Shown here: positions 1-8,310 of the stretch, one piece after another | How the letters are laid out: each line of letters begins with the position of its first letter | How positions within the stretch are numbered: the first letter of the stretch is position 1 | Assembly (NCBI GenBank): GCA_027491415.1 | Contig: JAOZFH010000054.1 | Span: 1-33,629, forward strand | Length of the DNA stretch: 33,629 nucleotides | Direction: 5' to 3' | DNA from: Thermoproteota archaeon | GTDB taxonomy: Archaea > Korarchaeota > Korarchaeia > Korarchaeales > Korarchaeaceae | The notes under the pieces: generated by a model | What the model was told of the DNA's origin: nothing | Databases searched by the model: none | What the model saw: only the letters and a program-made list of their open reading frames with translations | Position numbers and translations under genes: made by a program

Positions 1-231
1 GCCCTCAAGCTGAGCGAACTTCTCGGCGAGGATCTGGTGGCCGTCTACGTCTCCTCCTCCCCCGAGGAGACCGTGGACGGCTACAACGCCTTGGTCGTGG
101 TCAGGGACCCGGAGAGGGTGGAGAGGGCGGTGGTCGCCCTGGCCTCCGAGTACGGCATATCCCCGGCGGTGCTGGGGGAGAGAGACCCGGAGGCGAGGTC
201 GCTTGGGAGGGTCTTCAGGCGCGTCCTCTGA
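1..231 (+). CDS. 5'-truncated minimal nucleotidyltransferase (MNT)-like protein, degenerate active site
   Basis: Frame 1 is open from the window edge: ALKLSELLGEDLVAVYVSSSPEETVDGYNALVVVRDPERVERAVVALASEYGISPAVL. It has the MNT layout (helix, LVAVYV strand, loop, LVVV strand, helix) and overlaps a HEPN gene, but lacks GS...DxD. Confidence 0.55.
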   Translation, partial: ALKLSELLGEDLVAVYVSSSPEETVDGYNALVVVRDPERVERAVVALASEYGISPAVLGERDPEARSLGRVFRRVL

Positions 232-571
232 GTACAGGTCCAAGGCGCTCCGAATGCTCGAGGCCGCCAGGAGGGACTTGGAGATGGGCCTGAGTGAAAA
301 GGCCGCCAGCGCGGCCTACTTCGCCGCCGAGGCCGCCCTCAACTCGGTCTCGGTCGAGAGGCAGGGCAGCGTTCCCGTGGGGTTCAGGAGCAGGCTGAGG
401 CTCGTGGAGAGGTGGTTCGGCGCGAAGGCTAGGGGGAGGTACGCCCTCCTCCACCACCTGAGGGTCAGGGCGGATCACGGGCGAGCGAAACTCCCTAGGA
501 AAGAGGCTAGAGAAGCCCTAGAGCTGGCCGAGGAAATCGTGAGCCTCTTTCTAGGGTCGAGAAGGGAGTGA
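203..571 (+). CDS. HEPN domain protein (COG1895/UPF0332-like)
   Basis: KALRMLEAARRDLE..G...KAASAAYFAAEAA N-terminal signature, LRVRADH (R-x4-H) at 461-478, and C-terminal EAREALELAEEIV helix. Confidence 0.85.
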   Translation: MGGSSGASSEYRSKALRMLEAARRDLEMGLSEKAASAAYFAAEAALNSVSVERQGSVPVGFRSRLRLVERWFGAKARGRYALLHHLRVRADHGRAKLPRKEAREALELAEEIVSLFLGSRRE

Positions 572-715
572 GGCATCGAGGCCTGGGCCGCAAGACGCTC
601 TCTGCCAGCCCATAGGTGGGCCGGAGCTGACGTCCCCCGCCTTCCCCACGGTCCAGAGCAGACATCGCTCAGTTCCGTGGAGGAAGTCCCCGTTGGTGAC
701 GATGGATGATCAAAA

Positions 716-721
716 TTTTAA
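716..721 (+). promoter_or_regulatory. TATA-like box (TTTTAA)
   Basis: AT-rich island (caaaattttaatc) 25 nt upstream of ATG 746. Confidence 0.45.
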
Positions 722-745
722 TCGTAAACGGGGGAAGGAGGGAAG

Positions 746-2178
746 ATGGGCGTGGCGTCTAGCCTACTCAGCTTTCTCGACGCTGCCTTTCCAGGCTTGG
801 GCGATTTCATGAGGGAACCATTAGGCAGATGGAGGAGAGGTCGGGCGCAGCCGCGGAGTTCTCGGAGTGCTTGAGGGCTGGCCTGAGGAAGGCCTCAGCG
901 GACTACATCTCAGTAATAGACCACGCCTGCAGGGACCTGGGGAGGGCGTCGGTGGGCTGAGGAAGCAGTTTGAAAACGCCGGAGAGGTCGCGAAGAACGA
1001 TGAGGAGTTTGAGAATATGAGGGTCAGGCTGACCGGGGCGCTGCTGAGGGGGGTTCCCAGCGATGAGAGTGCAGTCAGGGAGATGGGGAGCTGGGGTATG
1101 GGGTCGGAGGCGGCCCCGGCCGTCTTGGCCTATGCCGCTGGGGAGCTAGCGCGGAGGGCAGGTCGCAGGCTCACCCTGGCGAGGTGGGGAGAGGAAGGCC
1201 CCCTCGAGGAGATCTTGGATTGGCTGAGGAATTCAGGGGCAAGAGTTCTCGTAGTGGCTAGGCCGTTTGAAAAGCCACCTGGACCACTAGGGGGCACTTC
1301 TCGGCTCGGGGGGCTAGTGGAGAGGGCCGTCAGGCCGACGGTTAGGGAGGTGCTGGACTTCATCATAGAGAGGGAGGCCGGGAGGAGGGGCTGGGATCTC
1401 ACTGACGGCGACAGGGTGGCGCTCAGATCGGCCTGCGGATACGAACCATTGAACCTAAGGTATCTTCTGAGATCTTTGCCTGGGCCGCCGGAGGTTCCCA
1501 AGGAGAGGCATGCTCTCAGGGCCGTGAGGGATCTCCTGAATAAGGAGAGCGTGAGCGAGCTGGGTAAGGTGCTGCTGGCGGCGGTAGCTGCCCTCTACAG
1601 GGCGGAGGTGCCCGCGCCTGAATGGCTCCTGTTCCGGATAGGGAGAGAGCCGGCTACAGCAGAAGGGATGTGGAGGAGGCTCTAGATCGCTTGGTCGAGA
1701 GGGGCTTGCTGATTAGGGGTGAGGAAGGGGGGTATCTGATGACCCATTCCGCCGCGTCTAGGAAGTTCACGGTAGTGCTCGACGAGATGATTGGGGGGTG
1801 GTCAGCTTGAGGTTCTCCGAGTGGGTGACTCGGGAGTATGTGCAGGGGCTGGCGGAGAGGAGGAATGGTGGTGGACTGCTGGAGGCGGCGGACAGATTCT
1901 ATGACGCTCAACTCCTGAGTGAGGCGGATGTCGCGCTCAGAAGGGCCGCAGAGGTGTTCGAGGACCTGGGAGACAGGAGGGGGGCGGCCACCACAAAAGC
2001 CGCCCTAGCTATCCTAATGGAGGGTAGAGGAAACCTCTCAGAGGCTGCAGCCCTAATGACGGAGGCTCTTGAGACCTTCAAGTCGATGGGAGATCCCAGA
2101 GCCTCTCGCGCCGCCTCAGACCTCCTAAGGATACTCAAGAAAATGGGAAGAAGCGAGGGCGACTCAGAGGCTCTCTGA
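746..2178 (+). pseudogene. Multiply frameshifted STAND-like (GxP helical domain + winged helix) TPR protein
   Basis: Five consecutive reading segments join into one protein-like string from ATG 746. It includes GARVLVVAR (sensor-1-like), CGYEPLNLRYL (GxP-like), DVEEALDRLVERGLL..GYLMTH (winged helix, MHD-like) and RRAAEVFEDLGDRRGAA..EALETFKSMGD (TPR). Shifts fall near 815, 955, 1655 and the G6 run at 1793-1798. Confidence 0.6.
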
Positions 2179-2194
2179 GGCCCTCGCCTGCCAA

Positions 2195-4066
2195 CTACTC
2201 GCTCAGCCTCACCCCCGCCGCCTCCAGCCCCTCTATCACGTAGTCTAGCCCGAAGTCCCTCAGCGTGGACTTCTTTGGTATTCCCCTCTCATCCCACCCT
2301 CTCACTTCGTAGTAGTAGCTGAGGAGCCGGTCGTAGATCCCCCTGTCGAGCTTCTGCCCAGCGTACGGCCCCACGGTGAGGGGGTGCTCGAACCACCTGT
2401 CGGGCGGGTAGTCCATCCTCCTGTCCCAGCTCGGGTTCTCCCTAACCCAGAATCCCCTGACCAGGTTGTAGATCCTGTCCGCGATCCTCTTCAGGTCGTC
2501 CCACTTGAACTCAAGCCCGGTGGCCGCGTGCAGGTACTTCTCGTACCACTCCAGGTCGAAGCCCAGCTCGATCCAGGGCAGCCTGCAGGTCACGGCCGCC
2601 TCGAAGAAGCCTCCCCTTATCCTCTGCATCTCTATTAGGCTCTCCACCTTCTCCCTGCTGACCACCTCCCTGCCCATCTTCAGCTCCCAGGCGATGAACC
2701 AGGCGTCCTTGTGGTGGGCCCCTATCGGGCTGGTCCCGTACGCGAGGGCCATGCCCGGCAGGGTGTGGCAGTCGTAGGCGGAGATCTCCAGGCCCTTCAC
2801 GTGCATCGCAAATTTCTGGGCCTCTGGCCCGAGTCCCTTGGCCAGCTTGGCGGTGCCCTCAGCCATGGCGTCGCCGAAGCCCCTCCTCTCGGCCAGCATC
2901 TCGGCCAGCCTGAGCATGGCCTCGCCGTCGCCCCACTTTGGCCGAATTCCCTCGAGCTTGGCGTCGGAGATCATGCCAAGCTCGTAGGCCTCGGTGACGA
3001 ACGCCAGCACGCTCCCCATGGATATCGTGTCTACCCCCTGCTCGTCCGCGAACAGGTTGAGCGTGAGGACCCAGTTCATGTCGTCGATCCCCAGGTTCGA
3101 GCCGAGCATGGCGGCGTTCTCGTAGTCCAGCTCGGTCCTCCTTCCCAAGTAGGGGCCGCCCTTGATCTCGTTGACCATTCCGCAGACCATGTTGCAGTTG
3201 GGGCAGCCCTTCTGAGCAACCTTGAACTCCCTCTCCATTGTGAGGCCGCTGATTCCCTCCCAGCCGTCGAACACGCCCTCCCTGAAGTTGAACGTCGGAA
3301 GGGTGCCGTTCTTCTGGCACCACTCCACCGTCATCATGGTGCCCTGCCTCATCCAGAAGGCGTAGGCGTCGGCATCCCTCACGGCCAGGTACCCCTGCCT
3401 GCCCAGCTCCAGGAGCTCGTCCCTCCTGGCCGCCGGGATCTCCTTGGTCCCCCTGATCACGACGGCCTTCAGGTTCTTGGAGCCCATCACGGCCCCGATG
3501 CCCGGCCTGCCGCCGGCCCTGCCGTGTTCGGAGGTGATCACGGCGAACTTGATCAGCCTCTCTCCGCCTGGTCCTATGGTGAGGATCCCGGCCCCGGGGT
3601 ACTTCTCCTCCAAGACGTCCTGGACCTCCTCGGCGCTCTTGCCCCAGAGGTCTCCCGCCCCCTCGAGCCTCACGTCCTCGTCCTCTATCACCAGCACACT
3701 GGGCTGCGGGGCCCTTCCCTGAACCACCACCAGGTCGTAGCCGGCCTTCTTTAGCTGGACGGCCGCCTTCGTGCCGATGTTCCCGTCTCCGTACCCGCCC
3801 GTCAGCGGGGACTTGGCGGCCACCACGAGCTTCCCGCTGCTCGGGAGTAGGAGGCCCGTCAGGGGGCCGGTGGCGAAGATGAGCCGGTTCTCCGGAGAGA
3901 GCGGGTCGGTGCCCCGCTCGAGCTCGTCCCAAAGTATCTTGGCGGCAAAACCCCTTCCCCCCAAGAGCTCGACTGCCACCCTTGGGCTGAGATCCTGAAC
4001 GGAGTGCTTACCCCTATCCAGGTCCACCCTGAGTACGCGACCGGTCCAGCCTCCGGAGATCCTCAT
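2195..4066 (-). CDS. for: Tungsten-containing aldehyde:ferredoxin oxidoreductase, formaldehyde (FOR) subfamily
   Basis: 623 aa; GGRG, KSPLTGGYGDGN, GRPGIGAVMGSKNLKA, CPNCNMVC Fe-S motif, ELDYEN, GAHHKDAW, CRLPW and YYEVRGWDERGIP, all collinear with Thermococcales FOR as I recall it. Confidence 0.93.
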   Translation of the reverse strand: MRISGGWTGRVLRVDLDRGKHSVQDLSPRVAVELLGGRGFAAKILWDELERGTDPLSPENRLIFATGPLTGLLLPSSGKLVVAAKSPLTGGYGDGNIGTKAAVQLKKAGYDLVVVQGRAPQPSVLVIEDEDVRLEGAGDLWGKSAEEVQDVLEEKYPGAGILTIGPGGERLIKFAVITSEHGRAGGRPGIGAVMGSKNLKAVVIRGTKEIPAARRDELLELGRQGYLAVRDADAYAFWMRQGTMMTVEWCQKNGTLPTFNFREGVFDGWEGISGLTMEREFKVAQKGCPNCNMVCGMVNEIKGGPYLGRRTELDYENAAMLGSNLGIDDMNWVLTLNLFADEQGVDTISMGSVLAFVTEAYELGMISDAKLEGIRPKWGDGEAMLRLAEMLAERRGFGDAMAEGTAKLAKGLGPEAQKFAMHVKGLEISAYDCHTLPGMALAYGTSPIGAHHKDAWFIAWELKMGREVVSREKVESLIEMQRIRGGFFEAAVTCRLPWIELGFDLEWYEKYLHAATGLEFKWDDLKRIADRIYNLVRGFWVRENPSWDRRMDYPPDRWFEHPLTVGPYAGQKLDRGIYDRLLSYYYEVRGWDERGIPKKSTLRDFGLDYVIEGLEAAGVRLSE

Positions 4067-4099
4067 GGGAACCGACCGATCTCCGCTGAATGTAAAAGA

Positions 4100-4105
4100 T
4101 ATAAA
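4100..4105 (-). promoter_or_regulatory. TATA box (TTTATA) of for
   Basis: Minus strand reads GGAGGTTTATATCTTTT, about 34 nt upstream of ATG 4066. Confidence 0.6.
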
Positions 4106-4175
4106 CCTCCATTACCTGGCCTGCCAGGGGAGCGAAACCCCAGTTCCAGGGCCGAGACCCAGCTGACCGACCGCC

Positions 4176-5135
4176 TCAGGCCTTCTCGCCTCGACCCAGC
4201 CCTCGGGGGTGCCGAGTATCCTGGAGACCGAGGTCCTGGACCAGCAACACCTCCCCCTCGGAGAGGGGCTCCACGCCCGGGGGTGACCACAGGCCATCAG
4301 TAAGCCGGGAGAGCACCCTGATCCCCCTCTCCTCCAGCTCGCCTGGGGTGACCCCGACGAGCGCGCCGGCCACGCGGATCGGCGAGGGGATGGGGGCGGA
4401 CCCCTCAACGTCCAGCGCGGCCGCCGCGGCGAACAGCCCGGAGGAGATCTCGCTTGTGCTGAGGGTCACGTCCGCCGCGCCTCCGGCCCTCAGGAGTTCC
4501 CCGACCTCGCTCCTGAAGGTTCTGACCACGATCCTTAGCCGAGAGTTCAGCTTCCTCGCCCTCTCCGCCACAGTCGCGTTTGTCAGGTCGTCGTCCACGG
4601 TGACCACGAGCACCCTCGCCCTGGGGACGCCAGCCCTCTGCAGGGCCTGGCCCGTCGTGGCGTCTCCGAAGACCACCCTCACGCCGATCCCCCCGAGCTC
4701 CTCCACTGCCTCGTTCCTATCCCTGTCAGAGGGCAGGACGAGCGCCACCACCTCCATCCCGGCCCGTCTGAGGTCCCTGGCCACCCTCCTCCCCAGGTGG
4801 CCCAGGCCTACCACAACCGCGTGCCCCTCCATCGCCCTCACCCTTATCTCAGTCCTCGTCTCGCGGTCGAGGCTCGCAACCTCCACGAAGCCGAGGACGG
4901 GCACAATCCTGAGAGAGAAGAAGGACACCCAGATGAGCCACTCGTGCGGGCTCCTGGGGGCCCTTATCTCCTCCGCGAGCTCGAAGACCCCCCTGAGGGT
5001 CTCACCCCCGGCGTACGCGGAGATCGCCGCCACGAGCACCATGAGGCCCACAAAGGCCAGGGTCGTCCTCAGGGCCCGAGAGTAGGCGAGGACTACCCTG
5101 ATCGCCAGGCGGAGCCGGTCCATGCGGGTGATCAC
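4176..5135 (-). CDS. TrkA-N/RCK (NAD-binding) domain membrane protein, potassium-channel-like
   Basis: Two N-terminal hydrophobic segments, then HAVVVGLGHLGRRVA, VVFGDAT, RAGVPRARVLVVTVDDDLTN and a short degenerate RCK-C. The start could be ATG 5123. Confidence 0.8.
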   Translation of the reverse strand: MITRMDRLRLAIRVVLAYSRALRTTLAFVGLMVLVAAISAYAGGETLRGVFELAEEIRAPRSPHEWLIWVSFFSLRIVPVLGFVEVASLDRETRTEIRVRAMEGHAVVVGLGHLGRRVARDLRRAGMEVVALVLPSDRDRNEAVEELGGIGVRVVFGDATTGQALQRAGVPRARVLVVTVDDDLTNATVAERARKLNSRLRIVVRTFRSEVGELLRAGGAADVTLSTSEISSGLFAAAAALDVEGSAPIPSPIRVAGALVGVTPGELEERGIRVLSRLTDGLWSPPGVEPLSEGEVLLVQDLGLQDTRHPRGLGRGEKA

Positions 5136-5251
5136 ACCCGGCCGAGGCGCCGGCGGTTGAAGTTAACCGTTTTCCCAGCGCCGGATGACCCGACCACCCG
5201 TCCGGGCACGGAGAGGTAGGAAGCGGGTTGACTCGGCCTTCGCCGCCCCAC

Positions 5252-5257
5252 TTATAT
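5252..5257 (+). promoter_or_regulatory. TATA box (TTATAT)
   Basis: 28 nt upstream of ATG 5285, which supports 5285 over 5228 as the start. Confidence 0.55.
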
Positions 5258-5284
5258 TTGTGGGGTGACCCCTCGAGCCGTCGG

Positions 5285-6241
5285 ATGCCGCGCCCACCCC
5301 TTATCTCGGTCTTCCTAGCCCTTCTCTTGGTGGTAGGCGCCGCAGTCGCTTGGGCCGACGGGGTCGACTTCTCCCTGACCTGGGCCTTCGACAGCTGGGC
5401 GAGCGACCAGGCGGGAGAGGTTGTCTACGTATACGAGCCCGGGGAGACCGCGATCGTGAACATCAACCTGACAAATCAGTGCGACCTGACCCTTGAGGTC
5501 GTGCGAGTCAGACTGATCGCTGAGTGGATGGCTGAGGGCGAGTACGCCGAGCTGGCCGTCGATCCGCCGGTGAAGGTCACCCCCGAGAGGACGGCCACGC
5601 TGGGGAGGCTGGCCGTGAGGATCCCCAGGGATGTCAGGCCGGGCGCGTACTACTACGAGTTCGAGGTGGATGTCCGAGTACCGTCCGGTGACGAGTGGAG
5701 GGTCGAGACCCACACGGTCCCAGGGTTCAGGGACCTCCTGGTGGCCCCCGGCAGGGCTCGGTTGGACGTCGACTACGACACCGAGGAGGGTTTCACCTTC
5801 AGGAGCGGCGGAGAGGTGAGGTTCAGGGTTCACGTGGTGAACGAGGGCACCGCGGCCACTACGGTGGAGTACGTCAGGATATACCCTGGGTGGCCGGGAG
5901 AGAAGTACAGGGGAGAGTTCTTCGACTGCCTAGAGCCTGGCAGAGAGCCTCTGCTAGGTCCGGAGGAGGAACTAAACCTAGAGTGCGGGATCCCAATACC
6001 CTCCGATGTCCCGGAGGGCAGGTACGTCTCGTCCTTGGAGGTGGGGACCGTCACCGAAATTCTGGGCGGTCGATACAGGGAGTTCTGGTCGCCAGGGTAT
6101 GGCGTAGACTACGAGGTCTTGAGGCCGGAGCCCTTCATTGAGAAATACAGGGAGGCCCTGGGCATCCTCACGGCAACTGCGTCCTCGGTCTCCGTGGTGA
6201 TAGGGGTCTACAAGAAGTGGAAGGGCGGGTCAAAGGGCTGA
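5285..6241 (+). CDS. Secreted, C-terminally anchored surface protein with two Ig-like (CARDB/NEW3-like) repeats
   Basis: Signal peptide MPRPPLISVFLALLLVVGAAVAWA; repeats PGETAIVNINLTN..IPRDVRPGAYYYEFEV and SGGEVRFRVHVVNEG..IPSDVPEGRYVSSLEV; C-terminal hydrophobic helix followed by KKWK. Confidence 0.7.
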   Translation: MPRPPLISVFLALLLVVGAAVAWADGVDFSLTWAFDSWASDQAGEVVYVYEPGETAIVNINLTNQCDLTLEVVRVRLIAEWMAEGEYAELAVDPPVKVTPERTATLGRLAVRIPRDVRPGAYYYEFEVDVRVPSGDEWRVETHTVPGFRDLLVAPGRARLDVDYDTEEGFTFRSGGEVRFRVHVVNEGTAATTVEYVRIYPGWPGEKYRGEFFDCLEPGREPLLGPEEELNLECGIPIPSDVPEGRYVSSLEVGTVTEILGGRYREFWSPGYGVDYEVLRPEPFIEKYREALGILTATASSVSVVIGVYKKWKGGSKG

Positions 6242-6616
6242 CCCAGACGGGGTCGCCCGGCTCCTCACTTCGCTCCCCCCGTCCAACCTCTCGAGCCTCC
6301 GCCAGAGCTCAGACGCCGACCTGAGGATCCTCCCCACGGACTCCGCCCCCTTGGCGGTCGGCCTGTAGCAGGTGACGTACCTGAGCCCCCTGAGGCACCT
6401 GAACCTCTTGACGTAGCCCTCCCTCTCGAGCCTGTCCAGGTGCGCCCCCAGGTTTCCGGGGGTCAGCCCGAGGACTTCGCGAATCTCGGAGAACGTCGCC
6501 TGTCCCCTGAGCAGGAGGATCAGCATTATGGCCAGCCTGGCGGGCGACGACAGCGGACCCTGGGAGAGGGTAGAGAGGAACTCCCTGACGGCTCCGCCCG
6601 GGCCCTCAGCGTCCAC
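6230..6616 (-). CDS. ArsR-like winged-helix transcriptional regulator (HTH_34)
   Basis: SPARLAIM..L..ATFSEIREVLGLTPGNLGAHLDRLEREGYV..T.YRPTAKG. Confidence 0.88.
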   Translation of the reverse strand: MDAEGPGGAVREFLSTLSQGPLSSPARLAIMLILLLRGQATFSEIREVLGLTPGNLGAHLDRLEREGYVKRFRCLRGLRYVTCYRPTAKGAESVGRILRSASELWRRLERLDGGSEVRSRATPSGSAL

Positions 6617-7277
6617 CTGAGAGCACCCTCCTGGCCTTCGCCGCGTAGGAGAGCCCGGCCCAGGCGTAGCTCAGGGAGATGGTCAGGATCATCGCCACGT
6701 ACTGGGTCACGTCGCTGTCCAGGGGCAGAAGCAGGGGCACCGAGGCCAGGTTGACCGCCCCGACTATCGCGGGCTCCCTACCCGGGTCCCTCCCCTTCAA
6801 CCTCTCGACTGCCCAGTTGGATAGGTTCCCCAGGCCGAGAGCCGGGCAGAGGCTGATGGTGAGCTTGTCGGCCCACGTGAGGTGGTAGAACCTGCCGACG
6901 GCGAGGGGGAGGCCAGCTCCGACGGCGAAGGCCAGGACCCACGCCGCCGCGACCCGCGACCTCGCCTTCAGCCACGGCATCTCACGATCCGAGAGCGCCC
7001 TCGACAGCTCCTCCACCCTCGACATGTTCTCGGCGAAGGCCCGCGTTATCAGGGCGGCTATGGTCAGCCATATGGCGGCCTGCAGAGCGCCAATGGTCCT
7101 CGGCGAAGCGGGCAGGGCGCTAGCCGCCAGTGAGAGGCCTCCCCCCAGAAGCCCCGCCGCTGCCCACCAGGCGTAGAGCTTCGATATGGCGGCCAATCGC
7201 TCGTACTCCAGGTACCTCCTCAGGCGGTCGAGGGTCCTGGTGAACTCCCTGAGGTTCTCGATGCCCGCATCCCGCAC
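6606..7277 (-). CDS. Multi-pass (about 6 TM) hypothetical membrane protein, co-transcribed with the ArsR-like gene
   Basis: Several hydrophobic segments; overlaps the regulator start by 11 nt; TATA-like TTAATTTA at 7297-7304 upstream. Confidence 0.7.
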   Translation of the reverse strand: MRDAGIENLREFTRTLDRLRRYLEYERLAAISKLYAWWAAAGLLGGGLSLAASALPASPRTIGALQAAIWLTIAALITRAFAENMSRVEELSRALSDREMPWLKARSRVAAAWVLAFAVGAGLPLAVGRFYHLTWADKLTISLCPALGLGNLSNWAVERLKGRDPGREPAIVGAVNLASVPLLLPLDSDVTQYVAMILTISLSYAWAGLSYAAKARRVLSGGR

Positions 7278-7296
7278 GCGCCCCCCTCCGGCGCCC

Positions 7297-7349
7297 TAAA
7301 TTAACGTCCCACCCTTGTCTGCTGCGCAGAGGACCGCACCACCTTATAA
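7297..7349. promoter_or_regulatory. Divergent promoter region: two TATA boxes flanking palindrome TCTGC-N3-GCAGA (7318-7330)
   Basis: TAAATTAA at 7297-7304 (for the minus-strand gene) and TTATAA at 7344-7349 (for the plus-strand gene), with the inverted repeat midway. Confidence 0.5.
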
Positions 7350-7374
7350 TCGGAGGCGTGGGCTTTAGAGCGGC

Positions 7375-8310
7375 ATGCCAGCGGTAGAGGTGAGCGAGGT
7401 TCGGAAGTCCTACGGGGACGTGGTGGCGCTGGACGGGGTCTCCCTCACAGTTGAGGAGGGGGAAATCTACGGGCTACTGGGACCGAATGGGGCCGGAAAG
7501 ACGACGCTCATGGAGATCATAGCTGGCCTGAGGGCCCCGGACTCGGGGGAGGTGAGGGTGCTGGGGGTCGACGTCGTCGAGCATCCCAGGAGGGTCAGGG
7601 AGCTCGTCGGCTTCAACCCCCAGGAGACCCTCCTGTACGACCCCCTCACCGCCAGGGAGAACCTCGAGTTCGTCGCAGCGCTGTACTCCATGCCCCGAGA
7701 CGAGTTTCAGAGGAGACTCGAGGAACTCACCGACCTGCTGGGAATGGCTGACTTCCTGGACAGACGGACGGGGAAGCTATCCGGAGGACAGCAGAGGAGG
7801 GTGAGCCTCGCAGCCTCGCTCCTCCACCGGCCGCCGGTCATAATCCTGGACGAGCCCACCGTTGGCCTGGACCCGGACGCAAGGAGGGACTTCTGGAACC
7901 TCATAGAGGGGCTGAGGTCGGAGGGCCGCACGCTGCTCATCAGCACCCACTACATGGAGGAGGCGGACGAGCTGTGCGACAGGGTGGCGATAATCGACCG
8001 GGGGAGGATAGTCGCGGTCGGGCGACCGGGGGAGCTGAAGGCCAGGCGCGGGGGGAGGTCCAAGGTGATCGTGAGGGTCAGGAGGAGGCACGTGGACAGG
8101 GCGCTGGAGATCTTGGGAGATCACTCGCCCGCGCTGACCGCCGATGGCATCGTGATCGAGGCCGAGGACCCGAGGACCCTCGTCCCCGACCTGGTCTCTC
8201 TCCTCCAGTCGAGGGGGGTCGACCCGGAGAGCGTCGAGATCAGGTCTCCGACTCTGGAGGACGTGTTCCTGAATCTCACCGGGAGGAGACTCGCGGAGGT
8301 GGTTGAATGA
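7375..8310 (+). CDS. ABC-2 type exporter ATP-binding protein (DrrA-like)
   Basis: GPNGAGKTT, LSGGQ, IILDEPT, STH and C-terminal PTLEDVFLNLTG. Confidence 0.93.
   Translation: MPAVEVSEVRKSYGDVVALDGVSLTVEEGEIYGLLGPNGAGKTTLMEIIAGLRAPDSGEVRVLGVDVVEHPRRVRELVGFNPQETLLYDPLTARENLEFVAALYSMPRDEFQRRLEELTDLLGMADFLDRRTGKLSGGQQRRVSLAASLLHRPPVIILDEPTVGLDPDARRDFWNLIEGLRSEGRTLLISTHYMEEADELCDRVAIIDRGRIVAVGRPGELKARRGGRSKVIVRVRRRHVDRALEILGDHSPALTADGIVIEAEDPRTLVPDLVSLLQSRGVDPESVEIRSPTLEDVFLNLTGRRLAEVVE

Noticed and set aside
572-715. Intergenic stretch as ncRNA or gene remnant
   Set aside because: No tRNA fold, paired C/D boxes or convincing protein motif was found.
2384-3998. Long alternative ORFs overlapping for (347 aa, 357 aa and others), and similar shadow ORFs throughout the window
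   Set aside because: They are antisense or off-frame shadows expected in GC-rich coding DNA, with no motifs, and they overlap confidently assigned genes.
4115-4165. Small hairpins and near-repeat (CCAGGGGAGCGAAACCCCAG / CCAGGGCCGAGACCCAG) upstream of for as a Moco/tungsten riboswitch
   Set aside because: They lie upstream of the for TATA box, the GNRA-like loops are on the wrong strand, and the stems are short enough to be chance in GC-rich DNA.
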